Origin: Bacillota bacterium
GTDB lineage: Bacteria; Bacillota; DTU025
DNA: 64,000 nucleotides
Direction of reading: 5' to 3'
NCBI GenBank assembly: GCA_050951805.1
Contig: JBMNJT010000008.1
Coordinates: 352,001 to 416,000 of the forward strand
Of the stretch, positions 19,516-30,206 are shown one piece after another (within the stretch, counting starts at the first letter, position 1; every line of letters begins with the position of its first letter). Made by a program: the position numbers and the translations under genes. The notes under the pieces are model-generated. The model was not told where the DNA came from. It did not search any database and saw only the letters and a program-made list of their open reading frames with translations.

Positions 19516-21018
19516 ATGTATAAAGCCAGTGTAGTCGATAATGATCAAGGATTAGTGACTCTGGAGATAACCGTAAGCGAAGACGAGGTTCGTCGCGCGC
19601 TTGGAAGCGCGGTCCGCAGACTGGGGCAACGATATACGGTCCCGGGTTTCCGGAAGGGTAAAGCGCCCCGCCTAATATTGGAGAACTACGTTGGCAGAGA
19701 GATCATATACGATGAAGCTATCCGTGATTTCGTGCCGAAAGCCTATGAGGCTGCTCTCGAGGAGACAAATCTGATTCCTCTGGAGGATCCGGCATTTGAG
19801 GGCCTTGACGATGCTGACCTCGATTCAGGCGAGCCGTTAACGTTCAAGGCGAGAATGACGGTGAAGCCCGAGGTAAAGCTGGGAGATTACAAGTCTATTA
19901 AGCTCGACCGGGAGAAGCGCGAGGTGACTGAAGCCGATATCGACCGCGTGCTTGAGAATCTGCGTGATCAGCGAGGCGAATTTGTTTCTACAGAGCGTAC
20001 CACAGCTCAAGCTGGGGACCTTGTGACCGTCTCAATCGAAGCCATGGTTGATGGGGAGCGTTTGGAAGAGATCTCAGTTGATGACACGCAAGTTCCCGTG
20101 GGTATGGGTTACCTCATGGAAGGCATAGATGAAGAGATCGAGGGCATGACGGTTGGCGAACCCAAATCTGTCACTGCTGTTCTCCCTGAAGGTTTTTATA
20201 TCGAGGAACTCGCAGGCCATGATGTTACGTTCAACATAATAGTAAAAGACATCAAGGTCAAGCAACTGCCTGAGTTGGATGACGAGTTTGCCAAGGATTT
20301 TGGAGAGACGAAAACCCTTGAAGAGCTGCGCAATGATATCAAGCATTCCATGATGCACCATTTCCTTGATGAGGCCAAGAAGGATTTGGGTGAACGCGCG
20401 CTCGACGCGTTGGTGACGACCTCAGAAGTCGAACCTCCCAAGCTCCTGGTAGAGCAAGAGGCATATATCGCATTTGACAAGCTGCAGGAGACAGTGGAAA
20501 AGGAGGGGCTCGAATGGGAGGAATACCTGGAGGCAAAGGGTCAATCGGAAGATGACGTGTATCAGGAGATGCTCGAGTTGGCGCCGGCCTCTGTCAAGAA
20601 AGCATTGGTAATTGAGGCTTTGGCCAAAGAGGAAAACCTTTTCCCTACTACTGACGAAGTGAGCATTGCCGTTGCTCAGGTAATGAGTTATGCGGGTGCT
20701 CAAAGCCGTGAGATATTGCAGAAGGCGATAGAAGATCCCGAAATGCGTAGGGTTACGACTAAAGCACTGATGCGTGAAAAAGTCTTGGCATATTTAGCCA
20801 ATACATGCGACGCGGATCCGGAGTCTGCTATATGCCAGGAATGTGCTGCACGCGAAGCGGAAGAAGCGAAGGAAAACGCTGAGAAGGCTCAGGCCGAGTC
20901 TGGGACCGAGTCGCGTGACGAGGGCATAGAGCAGACCAGTGAAGCTGATGAGCCGGGTTCAGATGAGGAAATGGACGGAGAAGCCGTAGCGGAAGAAACG
21001 TCGTCACCAGAGCCATAG
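19516..21018 (+). CDS. tig: Trigger factor
   Basis: VPGFRKGKAP ribosome-binding motif, FKBP domain, LPELDDEFAK; ATG at 19516 follows GAGGTG. Confidence 0.95.
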   Translation: MYKASVVDNDQGLVTLEITVSEDEVRRALGSAVRRLGQRYTVPGFRKGKAPRLILENYVGREIIYDEAIRDFVPKAYEAALEETNLIPLEDPAFEGLDDADLDSGEPLTFKARMTVKPEVKLGDYKSIKLDREKREVTEADIDRVLENLRDQRGEFVSTERTTAQAGDLVTVSIEAMVDGERLEEISVDDTQVPVGMGYLMEGIDEEIEGMTVGEPKSVTAVLPEGFYIEELAGHDVTFNIIVKDIKVKQLPELDDEFAKDFGETKTLEELRNDIKHSMMHHFLDEAKKDLGERALDALVTTSEVEPPKLLVEQEAYIAFDKLQETVEKEGLEWEEYLEAKGQSEDDVYQEMLELAPASVKKALVIEALAKEENLFPTTDEVSIAVAQVMSYAGAQSREILQKAIEDPEMRRVTTKALMREKVLAYLANTCDADPESAICQECAAREAEEAKENAEKAQAESGTESRDEGIEQTSEADEPGSDEEMDGEAVAEETSSPEP

Positions 21019-21207
21019 GCGCAAATCGGGAAATAGCCGATCAGCGCTTCAGGACCGCTTCCGATGCGGGCGATATGGCCAAGTCTTCGAAGGCAGTTGC
21101 ACGCATAGAGTTACATGGAGTATTATTCGCGGCCTAAAGCAGCAGAATAATCTGGACTCTGCTGGATGGCTCAGCACACGTTCCTGGCAAGAGTTGCATA
21201 CCCCACC

Positions 21208-21239
21208 TTTGCCTCTCGCTGAGGGGCGTGGATTGAAAC
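21208..21239 (+). repeat. Solitary type I-C-like CRISPR repeat unit in the clpP leader
   Basis: 32 nt TTTGCCTCTCGCTGAGGGGCGTGGATTGAAAC: GCCTCTC/GAGGGGC hairpin plus the canonical I-C tail GCGTGGATTGAAAC. Confidence 0.75.
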
Positions 21240-21255
21240 CAGAGAGGTGATGGAC

Positions 21256-21849
21256 ATGACCCTCATACCTATGGTTGTTGAACAGACTAGCCGTGGTGAG
21301 CGAGCATATGATATTTACTCCAGGCTTCTGAAAGACAGGATCATCTTCGTTGGGGGCCCGATAGATGACAGTATGGCGAATCTTGTCATAGCGCAGATGC
21401 TTTTCCTGCAGGGCGAAGATCCTGAGAAGGATATCAATCTTTACATCAATAGCCCAGGCGGAGTAGTCACTGCTGGGCTGGCGATATATGATACAATGCA
21501 GTACGTGAAGCCTGATGTTTCCACGGTATGCGTCGGGCTTGCGGCGAGCGCGGCAGCCGTACTCCTTGCTGCGGGCGCGAAGGGCAAGCGTTACGCACTG
21601 CCCTATTCCAGGATAATGGTTCATCAGCCTCATGGAGGCACACAGGGTCAGGCCACAGACATAGAGATACAGGCCAAGGAGATCCTGCGAATTAAAGGAA
21701 TTACCAACGAGATTCTCTCGCGCCACACTGGGCAGCCAATCGAACGGATCGACCGCGACACCGATCGCGACTTTTACATGTCAGCCCAGGAAGCTAAGGA
21801 ATATGGAATCATTGACAGCATTTTCGAGGGCAAGGCTGCAGAGGCTTAG
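21256..21849 (+). CDS. clpP: ATP-dependent Clp protease proteolytic subunit
   Basis: [35 protein letters not shown]; ATG at 21256 follows GAGGTG. Confidence 0.97.
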   Translation: MTLIPMVVEQTSRGERAYDIYSRLLKDRIIFVGGPIDDSMANLVIAQMLFLQGEDPEKDINLYINSPGGVVTAGLAIYDTMQYVKPDVSTVCVGLAASAAAVLLAAGAKGKRYALPYSRIMVHQPHGGTQGQATDIEIQAKEILRIKGITNEILSRHTGQPIERIDRDTDRDFYMSAQEAKEYGIIDSIFEGKAAEA

Positions 21850-21864
21850 CCGAGGGGTGGTATC

Positions 21865-23130
21865 ATGTTCAAGTACGGTGATGATAAGGGTCAGCTAAGG
21901 TGCTCCTTTTGTGGCAAGGCCCAGGAGCAGGTAAGAAGGCTCATCGCTGGTCCTGGCGTTTACATCTGCGATGAGTGCATTGAGCTGTGCAATGAGATCA
22001 TCGAGGAAGAGTCGGGAATCAGTCCTGACATCGATTTCAGCGAGATCCCAAAGCCGCACGAAATACGCGCCATTCTTGATGAATACGTGATAGGGCAAGA
22101 TGACGCTAAGAAGACGCTCTCGGTTGCCGTGTACAACCATTATAAGAGGATCAGCGCTGCACCCCATGTCGACGACGTGGAGCTGCAGAAAAGCAACATC
22201 TTGCTGCTTGGCCCCACGGGCTGCGGCAAAACATTGCTCGCGCAAACCCTTGCGAAGATACTCAACGTGCCTTTTGCCATATCAGATGCCACTTCTCTTA
22301 CGGAGGCTGGCTATGTGGGCGAGGATGTCGAGAACATTTTGCTCAAGCTGATCCAGAACGCCGACTACGATATCGAGCGCGCGGAAAAGGGAATTGTTTA
22401 CATTGACGAGGTAGATAAGATAGCTAGAAAGTCGGAGAACCCGTCCATAACAAGGGATGTGTCGGGTGAAGGGGTCCAGCAGGCCCTCCTCAAAATACTT
22501 GAGGGGACAGTGGCGAGCGTTCCCCCTCAAGGGGGTCGAAAGCACCCACATCAGGAGTTTATCCAGCTTGACACGACGAATATCCTCTTCATATGCGGCG
22601 GCGCATTTGACGGTCTCGATAGCATAATCGAGAACCGCATCGGTCGAAAGACTTTGGGATTTGGCGCTGAGGTAAAGCCAAAGGTCGACAAGAACATCGG
22701 CGATATCCTCCGTCAAGTTATGCCCGAGGATCTTCTGAAGTATGGTCTGATCCCTGAGTTCATCGGCAGGCTTCCAGTGGTCGTTCCCCTCGACGCCCTT
22801 GATGAGGAGTCGTTGGTTCGGATACTGACTGAGCCGCGGAATGCGCTGGTGAAGCAGTATAGGAAGCTGTTCGAGTTGGACGGCGTGGAGCTCGAGTTCA
22901 CCGACGATTCGCTGGAGGCCGTGGCTCGCAAGGCCATGGAGAGGAATACAGGCGCCAGAGGATTGAGGTCGATCATGGAGCACATTATGCTTGACATAAT
23001 GTACGACATACCTACTCGCACAGATGTGAAGAAGGTCGTCATAACCAAGGAGACCGTGGCTGACGACGGCAAGCCAACCATGGTGTTGGCCGAGAAGAAG
23101 CCGGCGCGCAAGAAGGAAGAGACGGCGTAG
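21865..23130 (+). CDS. clpX: Clp protease ATP-binding subunit ClpX
   Basis: CSFC..CDEC zinc finger, [21 protein letters not shown]. Confidence 0.98.
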   Translation: MFKYGDDKGQLRCSFCGKAQEQVRRLIAGPGVYICDECIELCNEIIEEESGISPDIDFSEIPKPHEIRAILDEYVIGQDDAKKTLSVAVYNHYKRISAAPHVDDVELQKSNILLLGPTGCGKTLLAQTLAKILNVPFAISDATSLTEAGYVGEDVENILLKLIQNADYDIERAEKGIVYIDEVDKIARKSENPSITRDVSGEGVQQALLKILEGTVASVPPQGGRKHPHQEFIQLDTTNILFICGGAFDGLDSIIENRIGRKTLGFGAEVKPKVDKNIGDILRQVMPEDLLKYGLIPEFIGRLPVVVPLDALDEESLVRILTEPRNALVKQYRKLFELDGVELEFTDDSLEAVARKAMERNTGARGLRSIMEHIMLDIMYDIPTRTDVKKVVITKETVADDGKPTMVLAEKKPARKKEETA

Positions 23131-23215
23131 GGACGGTTTTCCTGGGGAATGCGCGAGTTGACAAGACCTTTATAGACGTTGCTGATAATCCCGGCGTGGC
23201 GCACGGCGTCCGCCG

Positions 23216-23244
23216 GGATAGTTGTTGTTGGCCGGGGCATGCTA
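23216..23244 (+). promoter_or_regulatory. SigF-like promoter of lonB
   Basis: GGATA-N14-GGGCATGCTA; lonB is SigF-dependent in B. subtilis. Confidence 0.4.
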
Positions 23245-23268
23245 CACCGTGGACAGGAGGGATGTTCG

Positions 23269-25011
23269 GTGAGCAACCTCGGCGTGATTGGGTTGATAAA
23301 CCTCTTTTTCGGAATCGTGATCGGTCTTTACTTTTGGAATCTCCTCAAGGTCCAGCAGGGATCGAAAACTGCGGTTGACCGCGATTCTCGCCGTGAAATG
23401 GATAAGCTGCGCGAAATGCGGAGCCTCAGCCTTACCAGGCCGCTTACGGAGTTGACTAGGCCCAAGAGATTTGAAGACGTGGTCGGACAGAAGGATGCGC
23501 TCCTTGCTCTAAAGGCGGCGCTATGCGGGCCCAATCCCCAACATGTGATCCTCTACGGTCCTCCCGGCGTCGGCAAGACGGCGGCTGCTCGGGTTGTGCT
23601 TGAGGAGGCCAAGAAGAGCCCGCTTTCGCCTTTCCGGGCCGATGCTGTTTTCATTGAAATTGATGCCAATACAGCCCGTTTCGATGACCGTGGAATCGCA
23701 GATCCATTGATCGGATCCGTGCACGACCCTATCTATCAGGGTGCGGGTCCTCTGGGAATAGCAGGGGTACCCCAGCCCAAGCCGGGCGCCGTAACCAAGG
23801 CTCACGGGGGTGTGCTTTTCATAGACGAGATCGGAGAACTCCACCCGATTCAGATGAACAAGCTTCTTAAGGTGTTGGAAGACAGGAAGGTCTTCCTGGA
23901 GTCAGCGTACTACAGCCCTGATGATCGCAATATCCCCATGTACATTCACGACATATTCAAGAACGGGCTGCCTGCTGACTTTCGGCTTGTTGGGGCAACT
24001 ACTCGCCCTGCCCACGATATCCCTCCCGCCATTCGATCGAGGTGCCTGGAGATATACTTCAAGGCGTTGACCCCTGAGGAAGTCGGCATCATAGCGTCGC
24101 AAGCTGTTGACAAGATGAACATGCGTGTGGAAGACGGTGTTATTCAGATAGTGACCAAGTATGCGCAGAACGGCAGGGACGCTGTGAATATGGTTCAGCT
24201 CGCCGCCGGCGTCGCCATCACTGAGGGCCGAAAAATGGTGATGCGGTCTGACATGGAATGGGTGGTAGAAAGCGGGCAGTATTCGCCAAGGCCGGAACGG
24301 AAGGTGCCCGATGCTCCGCAGATAGGCATCGTCAACGGACTCGCCGTTTGGGGCCCGGGAATGGGATCGGTGATCCAGGTCGAGGCCTCTGCTGTGCCTG
24401 CAGAGGCCGGGACGGGAAGTTTCATTGTGACCGGAATCGTGGAGGAAGAAGAACAGGGGGACGGCTCGAAGATCCTACGCCGTCGCAGCATGGCGCGGAG
24501 TTCGGTAGACAACGTGTCGACCGTCCTGCGAAACCGGCATGCGCTGCAAGTCGGGGACTACCACATACATGTCAATTTCCCCGGAGGGGCGCCAGTAGAT
24601 GGCCCGTCGGCGGGAATTGCCATGGCTACTGCCGTGTTCTCCGCTGCGAGACAGATACCCATCGACAACAGGGTTGCGATGACCGGTGAGCTTTCGGTGC
24701 ACGGGAAGGTGAAGCCGGTGGGGGGTATTGTCGCCAAAGTTGAGGCCGCAGTGAGCGCGGGGGCTACCCGTGTGCTGATCCCTGCGGAGAACTGGAACGA
24801 GAGGTTTGCGGACCGTGCAGATGTGCAGGTAATCGCAGTGGAGGACATCGATGAGGTTTTGAGAATAGCGGCTTCCTGCAATGCAGCTGAGACCGAACCT
24901 GAAGCGACATGCACACCTTGGCCCGAGGTTGCTGCCGCAGCTAGTTGCCGCAGAGGGGATGCGCCGGGAGGAACGGGTTCGATGCCTCCCACAGTGCAGA
25001 TTACAGGGTGA
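23269..25011 (+). CDS. lonB: Sporulation ATP-dependent protease LonB
   Basis: N-terminal [45 protein letters not shown]; GTG at 23269 follows AGGAGG. Confidence 0.93.
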   Translation: MSNLGVIGLINLFFGIVIGLYFWNLLKVQQGSKTAVDRDSRREMDKLREMRSLSLTRPLTELTRPKRFEDVVGQKDALLALKAALCGPNPQHVILYGPPGVGKTAAARVVLEEAKKSPLSPFRADAVFIEIDANTARFDDRGIADPLIGSVHDPIYQGAGPLGIAGVPQPKPGAVTKAHGGVLFIDEIGELHPIQMNKLLKVLEDRKVFLESAYYSPDDRNIPMYIHDIFKNGLPADFRLVGATTRPAHDIPPAIRSRCLEIYFKALTPEEVGIIASQAVDKMNMRVEDGVIQIVTKYAQNGRDAVNMVQLAAGVAITEGRKMVMRSDMEWVVESGQYSPRPERKVPDAPQIGIVNGLAVWGPGMGSVIQVEASAVPAEAGTGSFIVTGIVEEEEQGDGSKILRRRSMARSSVDNVSTVLRNRHALQVGDYHIHVNFPGGAPVDGPSAGIAMATAVFSAARQIPIDNRVAMTGELSVHGKVKPVGGIVAKVEAAVSAGATRVLIPAENWNERFADRADVQVIAVEDIDEVLRIAASCNAAETEPEATCTPWPEVAAAASCRRGDAPGGTGSMPPTVQITG

Positions 25012-25265
25012 GTGTGTCTGTGCTGCTCAAGATGGGTGCCGGGCGGGCATGCCAAGCTTTGCGGTTATGACTGTCGCCGCCTCGATTGTCCGCGATAGGT
25101 GGGCCTGGGGCGGTGACAGCCTTTTGCATTGTACATGTGGTAGAGTATATGCGAAATCTGAAAGCATCGGGGTTGAGCGGACAGGCTGAAAACAGCTAGG
25201 TGCTGGCAAATGGGATAGAATTGGCACGCCAAGTGGCCAGCTGAAGAGTTTCAGCTAAGTCAAGT

Positions 25266-25294
25266 CTTGTCCCCACGCGGGTGGGGGTGTTTCG
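25266..25294 (+). repeat. Solitary type I-E-like CRISPR repeat unit between lonB and lon
   Basis: 29 nt CTTGTCCCCACGCGGGTGGGGGTGTTTCG with CCCCAC/GTGGGG hairpin, matching the GTxxTCCCCACGCxxGTGGGGGTGTTTC repeat family. Confidence 0.75.
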
Positions 25295-25605
25295 CCAACT
25301 TTGCAAATCAAGGTTGCCCACCAGTCTCGGAGTATTATGGTGACGCAGATCGCTCCCCTAATCCCCAATATGGTATGATTACATTACGGTCCTAATCCTT
25401 TCTCCAGCGGCAAAACAAAGCTGGCGTGTTAACCTGCGGCTTTTTGGGTGGATATGTTGCAATCCTTACTCTCTCATGCTCCCAGAGTGGGCTAATCTCC
25501 AACCCGCCTGTATCCTTTTCGAATACTCCGCTTATCTCCATGAAAAGGGCAGTTTTTCACTTGCCCAGTTCTGCCACGTATTGCATTTACCGAGGCGCTT
25601 TTCTT

Positions 25606-25632
25606 GAAGGAATGCAAAGAGGCAAGGAGAAT
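25606..25632 (+). promoter_or_regulatory. SigH-type promoter of lon
   Basis: GAAGGAATG-N11-GGAGAAT. Confidence 0.45.
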
Positions 25633-25652
25633 AGGTAGAATGCATGTAGGAG

Positions 25653-28145
25653 GTGCTTAATCCCTTGGCTAGAGCGGACAAGTTATCACATAAAGATAGA
25701 GAAAACGTTGCACAGAGTCTGCCGCTTCTTCCTCTCAGGGGAGTTGTGGTCTTTCCTAATACTACCCTTCCGCTTGAGGTTGGAAGGGAGAAGTCGGTGG
25801 CCGCGCTCGAAGAGGCGATGTCATGCGGGAAGCTGATTGTCCTTGCCGCTCAGAAGGTCGCTAAGGTTAATGAGCCATCTCCCGACGACATCTACACGGT
25901 AGGCACAGTGTCAGCGATAAAGCAGTTAGTAAAGTTGCCTGATGGCACTATACGCGTTGTTGTGGAAGGCGTCGAGCGGGCCGTTATCCATGAATATGTA
26001 CAATCCGATCCATGTTACATGGTTCAAGTCGAACTAATGCCGACTGTGGAAGTATGCGACCGCGAGATCGAGGCTCTTGCCCGCAACGCATTGCGTGAAT
26101 TTGAGCAATTCGTCAAACTTTCAAAGAAGATGCCGGTAGAGATAATGCTGGCTATCGGGGGAACGGACGAGCCCGGCAGGCTGGCGGACGATATAGCGGC
26201 TCATATGCCGCTCAGTGTCGAGGACAAGCAGGAGCTTCTCTCGTGCTTTAGCGTTCGAACACGGCTTGAGAGGCTTGCAGTGATCCTCAGACGAGAACTT
26301 GAGATCCTGGAGCTCGAGCGCAAGATCCATTTGCGAGTCAGAAAGCAGATGGAAAAGACCCAGAAGGAATATTACCTTCGCGAGCAAATGCGCGCTATAC
26401 AGAAAGAATTGGGTGACCGAGACGACCCCAGCTCTGAAGCCGCAGAGCTCAGGCAGAAGATTGAGGAGGCCAACTTCCCTCCCGAAGTGCTTGAGAAGGC
26501 CGTTCGCGAGCTTGATAGGCTGGAGAGTATGCCTCCGATGGCGGCCGAGTCTGTCGTGGTCCGAAACTACCTCGACTGGCTCCTCGCTGTTCCGTGGGGT
26601 GTAATGACAGAGGATAGGCTCGATATTGAGCGGGCTGAAGCCATCCTCGATGAGGATCATTGGGGCCTTGACAAGGTCAAAGATAGAATTTTGGAATTTC
26701 TCGCTGTTCGGCAGCTGTCTGACGAGTTGCGCGGACCTATTCTTTGCCTCGTGGGCCCGCCTGGTGTGGGCAAAACCTCACTGGGCAAGTCTGTTGCCAG
26801 AGCCCTCAACAGGAACTTCGTCAGGTTTTCTCTTGGCGGGGTCAGGGATGAGGCAGAGATACGTGGCCATAGGCGCACTTATGTAGGGGCGATGCCGGGC
26901 AAAATAGTTCAGCTTCTCAAGCAAGCGGGCAGCATGAACCCGGTGATTCTCCTCGACGAGATCGACAAGATGTCTGCCGATTTTCGCGGAGATCCGTCAT
27001 CTGCCTTGCTGGAGGTGCTCGATCCCGAGCAAAACTCGGAGTTTGGCGACCACTACATGGAGGTCACGGTGGATTTGTCCAACGTGCTCTTCATCACGAC
27101 CGCCAACAACCTGTATTCCATCCCCCGCCCTCTTCAGGACAGGATGGAGATTATAACGCTTCCGGGCTATACGGAAGAGGACAAGGTGCAGATTGCAACG
27201 CATTTCCTCATCCGCAAGCAGTTGTCGGAGAACGGTCTTTCGGAAGAGAATGTCGTTATCCAGGAAGATGCGGTGCGCGAGATCATCCGCTGTTATACGC
27301 GGGAATCTGGCGTGCGAAGTCTCGAACGCCAGATAGGAGCGATTTGCCGCAAGATTGCCAGAGAAGTAGTGGCGGGGGCAGAAGGGCCTTTCGTCGTTGG
27401 CCGCGCAGATCTTCAGGAGTATCTCGGTGTGCCTCAGTATCGTTACGGCGTTGCCGACCTTGACAGCAAGGTTGGCGTGGCGGTAGGCGTCGCCTGGACT
27501 GAGACTGGCGGCGACACCCTGGACATCGAAGTTTCGGCCATGAAGGGCAGCGGTAAGCTGATCCTCACCGGAAAACTGGGCGACGTTATGCGTGAGTCAG
27601 CCCAGGCCGGATATACTTATGTCAGGTCGCGCGCTCGTGAACTTGGCATCCCAGAGGATTTCTACGAGAAGATGGACGTCCATATCCATGTTCCGGAAGG
27701 CGCAATTCCCAAAGACGGGCCGTCTGCAGGCATAACCATGGCCACTGCTTTGGCCTCGGCTCTCTCGGGCGTCCCTGTGAGAAATGACGTGGCCATGACG
27801 GGCGAGATAACGCTGCGTGGGAGAGTATTGCCAGTGGGCGGGCTTAAGGAGAAGACACTAGCTGCCCATAGAGCAGGCATTCGTACGATGATAATCCCTG
27901 ACGATAACAAGAAGGATCTCGAGGAGTTGCCGGAAAATGTTGCTGGCGACATGACATTCATTGAAGTCTCCCATATGGATGAGGTGCTGGCAATCGCCCT
28001 TCTCTCTGCTAAGGACGATGAAAAGTCATCATTCGGCGCCGACTACGCAGTGGGCGAAGCAGGGGACGAGCAGGGTGGAACCATGAGAGACGTGCCATTG
28101 CCTCACGTTGTTCCCAATACGCCTCAACCGCCGGCTGTGTGCTGA
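25653..28145 (+). CDS. lon: Endopeptidase La
   Basis: [33 protein letters not shown]. Confidence 0.98.
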   Translation: MLNPLARADKLSHKDRENVAQSLPLLPLRGVVVFPNTTLPLEVGREKSVAALEEAMSCGKLIVLAAQKVAKVNEPSPDDIYTVGTVSAIKQLVKLPDGTIRVVVEGVERAVIHEYVQSDPCYMVQVELMPTVEVCDREIEALARNALREFEQFVKLSKKMPVEIMLAIGGTDEPGRLADDIAAHMPLSVEDKQELLSCFSVRTRLERLAVILRRELEILELERKIHLRVRKQMEKTQKEYYLREQMRAIQKELGDRDDPSSEAAELRQKIEEANFPPEVLEKAVRELDRLESMPPMAAESVVVRNYLDWLLAVPWGVMTEDRLDIERAEAILDEDHWGLDKVKDRILEFLAVRQLSDELRGPILCLVGPPGVGKTSLGKSVARALNRNFVRFSLGGVRDEAEIRGHRRTYVGAMPGKIVQLLKQAGSMNPVILLDEIDKMSADFRGDPSSALLEVLDPEQNSEFGDHYMEVTVDLSNVLFITTANNLYSIPRPLQDRMEIITLPGYTEEDKVQIATHFLIRKQLSENGLSEENVVIQEDAVREIIRCYTRESGVRSLERQIGAICRKIAREVVAGAEGPFVVGRADLQEYLGVPQYRYGVADLDSKVGVAVGVAWTETGGDTLDIEVSAMKGSGKLILTGKLGDVMRESAQAGYTYVRSRARELGIPEDFYEKMDVHIHVPEGAIPKDGPSAGITMATALASALSGVPVRNDVAMTGEITLRGRVLPVGGLKEKTLAAHRAGIRTMIIPDDNKKDLEELPENVAGDMTFIEVSHMDEVLAIALLSAKDDEKSSFGADYAVGEAGDEQGGTMRDVPLPHVVPNTPQPPAVC

Positions 28146-28187
28146 ATTGGGCGAAGGCCCAACATAGATTAATGATGCGATGCGAAC

Positions 28188-28212
28188 TAGGGCGCCCCGA
28201 CGGGGCGCCCTG
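28188..28212 (+). terminator. GC-rich hairpin after lon
   Basis: AGGGCGCCCCG-A-CGGGGCGCCCT. Confidence 0.5.
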
Positions 28213-28419
28213 GGCTTATTGTAGGACGTATATAGCGTCCGCAGTTGCTATTACCAACAAGGAAGGCGCTCGATGTGCATACAAAAGGCAGGCCTTATGC
28301 TGCATGGAAGGGCAATTTCACGTGTGCATTGCGGTGCGTAATCGGGCAGGAACAATGGTCCAACAAGATAGGAGGTGCTGATATGCCGACAACACGCAGT
28401 ATAAACCATTTTTCCACTG

Positions 28420-28470
28420 TTGACATTGGGACAAATTGAGTGTATGCTTTTCCTGAGTTGTTGAACAACT
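28420..28470 (+). promoter_or_regulatory. SigA promoter plus GntR-type operator
   Basis: TTGACA-N17-TATGCT (28420-28448); palindrome AGTTGTT-G-AACAACT (28456-28470). Confidence 0.65.
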
Positions 28471-28505
28471 ATGTCGAGCAAGTATGAAGAGAGGTTGAAT
28501 GACTC

Positions 28506-29291
28506 ATGACATCGACTGAGCCTATGAAACCTGCCGGCGCTCTTTACATAGGCATAGCGTCCCAACTCAAAAATGATATAGTTCGCGGGGCCTTCCCCGA
28601 CAATCGCTTGCCTACAGAGGAGGAGCTATCACAGCGCTTCGGTGTGAGCCGAAACACCATTCGCGAGGCTCTTAGCATGTTGGAGATGGATGGCCTCATT
28701 ACTAGGCGACAGGGTGTGGGGACCTTTATAGAGCGTGACAAAGTTCATGTGGGCTCCAGGACTATTGGCTTTACCGAGAGCATGAGACTTGCGGGACGCA
28801 ATCCAGGCACCTTGATGATGTCCTTCGATTGGGAGCCTGCTGATCAGCATATGTCCGGCATGTTGGATATGAGGGTCGGAGAGGCCATGGGAGTGCTTAA
28901 GAGGGTGAGATCGCTAGACGGAGTGCCTGCTTATTACCAGATAGAGAGATTGCCGGCGCACGTGATAGGCGAAGACTTCGATCCTGACGCCATGGGCGAA
29001 TCACTATTTGAATACTTGAATAAGCAGAGAGACATAGAGGTTGGCGGATCTGAATTCAGCCTTCGCGCAACTGTTCCCAATCGCGTAATCGCCAGCATAC
29101 TTGGAATGGACATTGGTCTACCGCTTTTGATGATAGAAGATCTTTACCGTTCTAGAGAAGATAAGCCGCTGCTGTGGTCGGTGAACTACTACAGAAGCGA
29201 TTTATACTGCTTCCGCGCTGTTGAACGTAATGGAACGTTCGAGATGCTTACGGTGCAGGAAGAGAGGATATCACACAGGGAGGAATACTGA
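28506..29291 (+). CDS. GntR/HutC-family regulator (wHTH plus UTRA)
   Basis: LPTEEELSQRFGVSRNTIREAL..RRQGVGTF; C-terminal UTRA-like domain. Confidence 0.92.
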   Translation: MTSTEPMKPAGALYIGIASQLKNDIVRGAFPDNRLPTEEELSQRFGVSRNTIREALSMLEMDGLITRRQGVGTFIERDKVHVGSRTIGFTESMRLAGRNPGTLMMSFDWEPADQHMSGMLDMRVGEAMGVLKRVRSLDGVPAYYQIERLPAHVIGEDFDPDAMGESLFEYLNKQRDIEVGGSEFSLRATVPNRVIASILGMDIGLPLLMIEDLYRSREDKPLLWSVNYYRSDLYCFRAVERNGTFEMLTVQEERISHREEY

Positions 29292-30181
29292 TGCAGCAGG
29301 ATTTCAAGTATCCGAAGACGGCAGAAGATGTAACAGCAGAGATGCTAGCCATGTCGCCTGAGGAGCTCGAGAAGGTTTCACGCTATCCGCTGTACATTCA
29401 CGAGACTCGCGATGATCTTTACAAGTGGATTGCTAGGTTGATGGCCGATGAACTCAAGGAGAATAACGCCAAAGGCGAACCCACCCGCTGGGTTCTTCCT
29501 ATAGGCCCTAAGGGTCAATACCCCTTGCTTGCCAAGATCTGCAACGAGGAGCGTATCAGTTGGAAGAACGTGTGGGCATTCCACATGGACGAGTACCTCG
29601 ATTGGCAGGGCCGTCCCATTTCTTACGATAGTCCCTTTAGTTTCAGGCGCTATGCTGATGAACACTTGTACAAGCTGATTGATGATGAATTGCTCCCTCC
29701 AAAAGAACAGATCATATTTCCTGACGTTTACGATATAGACGCCTTTACCGCCAAGATTGATGAGGTGGGCGGTGTAGACAGCACCTTTGCCGGCTTCGGT
29801 TATCGCGGACATCTTGCCTTTAACGAGTCGCCCTGTAACAGATGGCAGAAGATTTCTGCAGACGAATTCGCCGCTGGGAAAACCCGTGTGGTTCATCTGC
29901 TCGATGACACTATCATCGCGCTTTCCCAGCGCATGTTGGGCGGACATTCGGATCCCATTCCGCAGATGGCGATCACTATCGGGATGGCCGATATTCTGAG
30001 ATCCAGCAAGATATATCTGCTTACTGATGGGGCCGGATGGAAGCAGTGGATGTTGCGCGTGTTCCTGCTTACTACCGAACGCGATCCACGCTACGCAGTA
30101 ACCCTGTGCCACGGGCATAATGGGGTTATCGTGGGAGTAGATGCTGCAAGCGCAGCCCCGATTACCCTGGGTATCGTGTAA
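29291..30181 (+). CDS. Divergent glucosamine-6-phosphate deaminase/isomerase family protein
   Basis: FHMDEY, GHLAFNE, AITIGMADIL. Confidence 0.8.
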   Translation: MQQDFKYPKTAEDVTAEMLAMSPEELEKVSRYPLYIHETRDDLYKWIARLMADELKENNAKGEPTRWVLPIGPKGQYPLLAKICNEERISWKNVWAFHMDEYLDWQGRPISYDSPFSFRRYADEHLYKLIDDELLPPKEQIIFPDVYDIDAFTAKIDEVGGVDSTFAGFGYRGHLAFNESPCNRWQKISADEFAAGKTRVVHLLDDTIIALSQRMLGGHSDPIPQMAITIGMADILRSSKIYLLTDGAGWKQWMLRVFLLTTERDPRYAVTLCHGHNGVIVGVDAASAAPITLGIV

Positions 30182-30206
30182 TTTTGCCATTGAGGAGATA
30201 TTGATC

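Noticed and set aside
21142-21173. Second degenerate repeat 66 nt upstream of the clpP unit
   Set aside because: Only TGGAT aligns, which is compatible with chance.
21019-21207. CtsR or CIRCE operator upstream of clpP
   Set aside because: No GGTCAAA direct repeats or TTAGCACTC inverted repeat seen.
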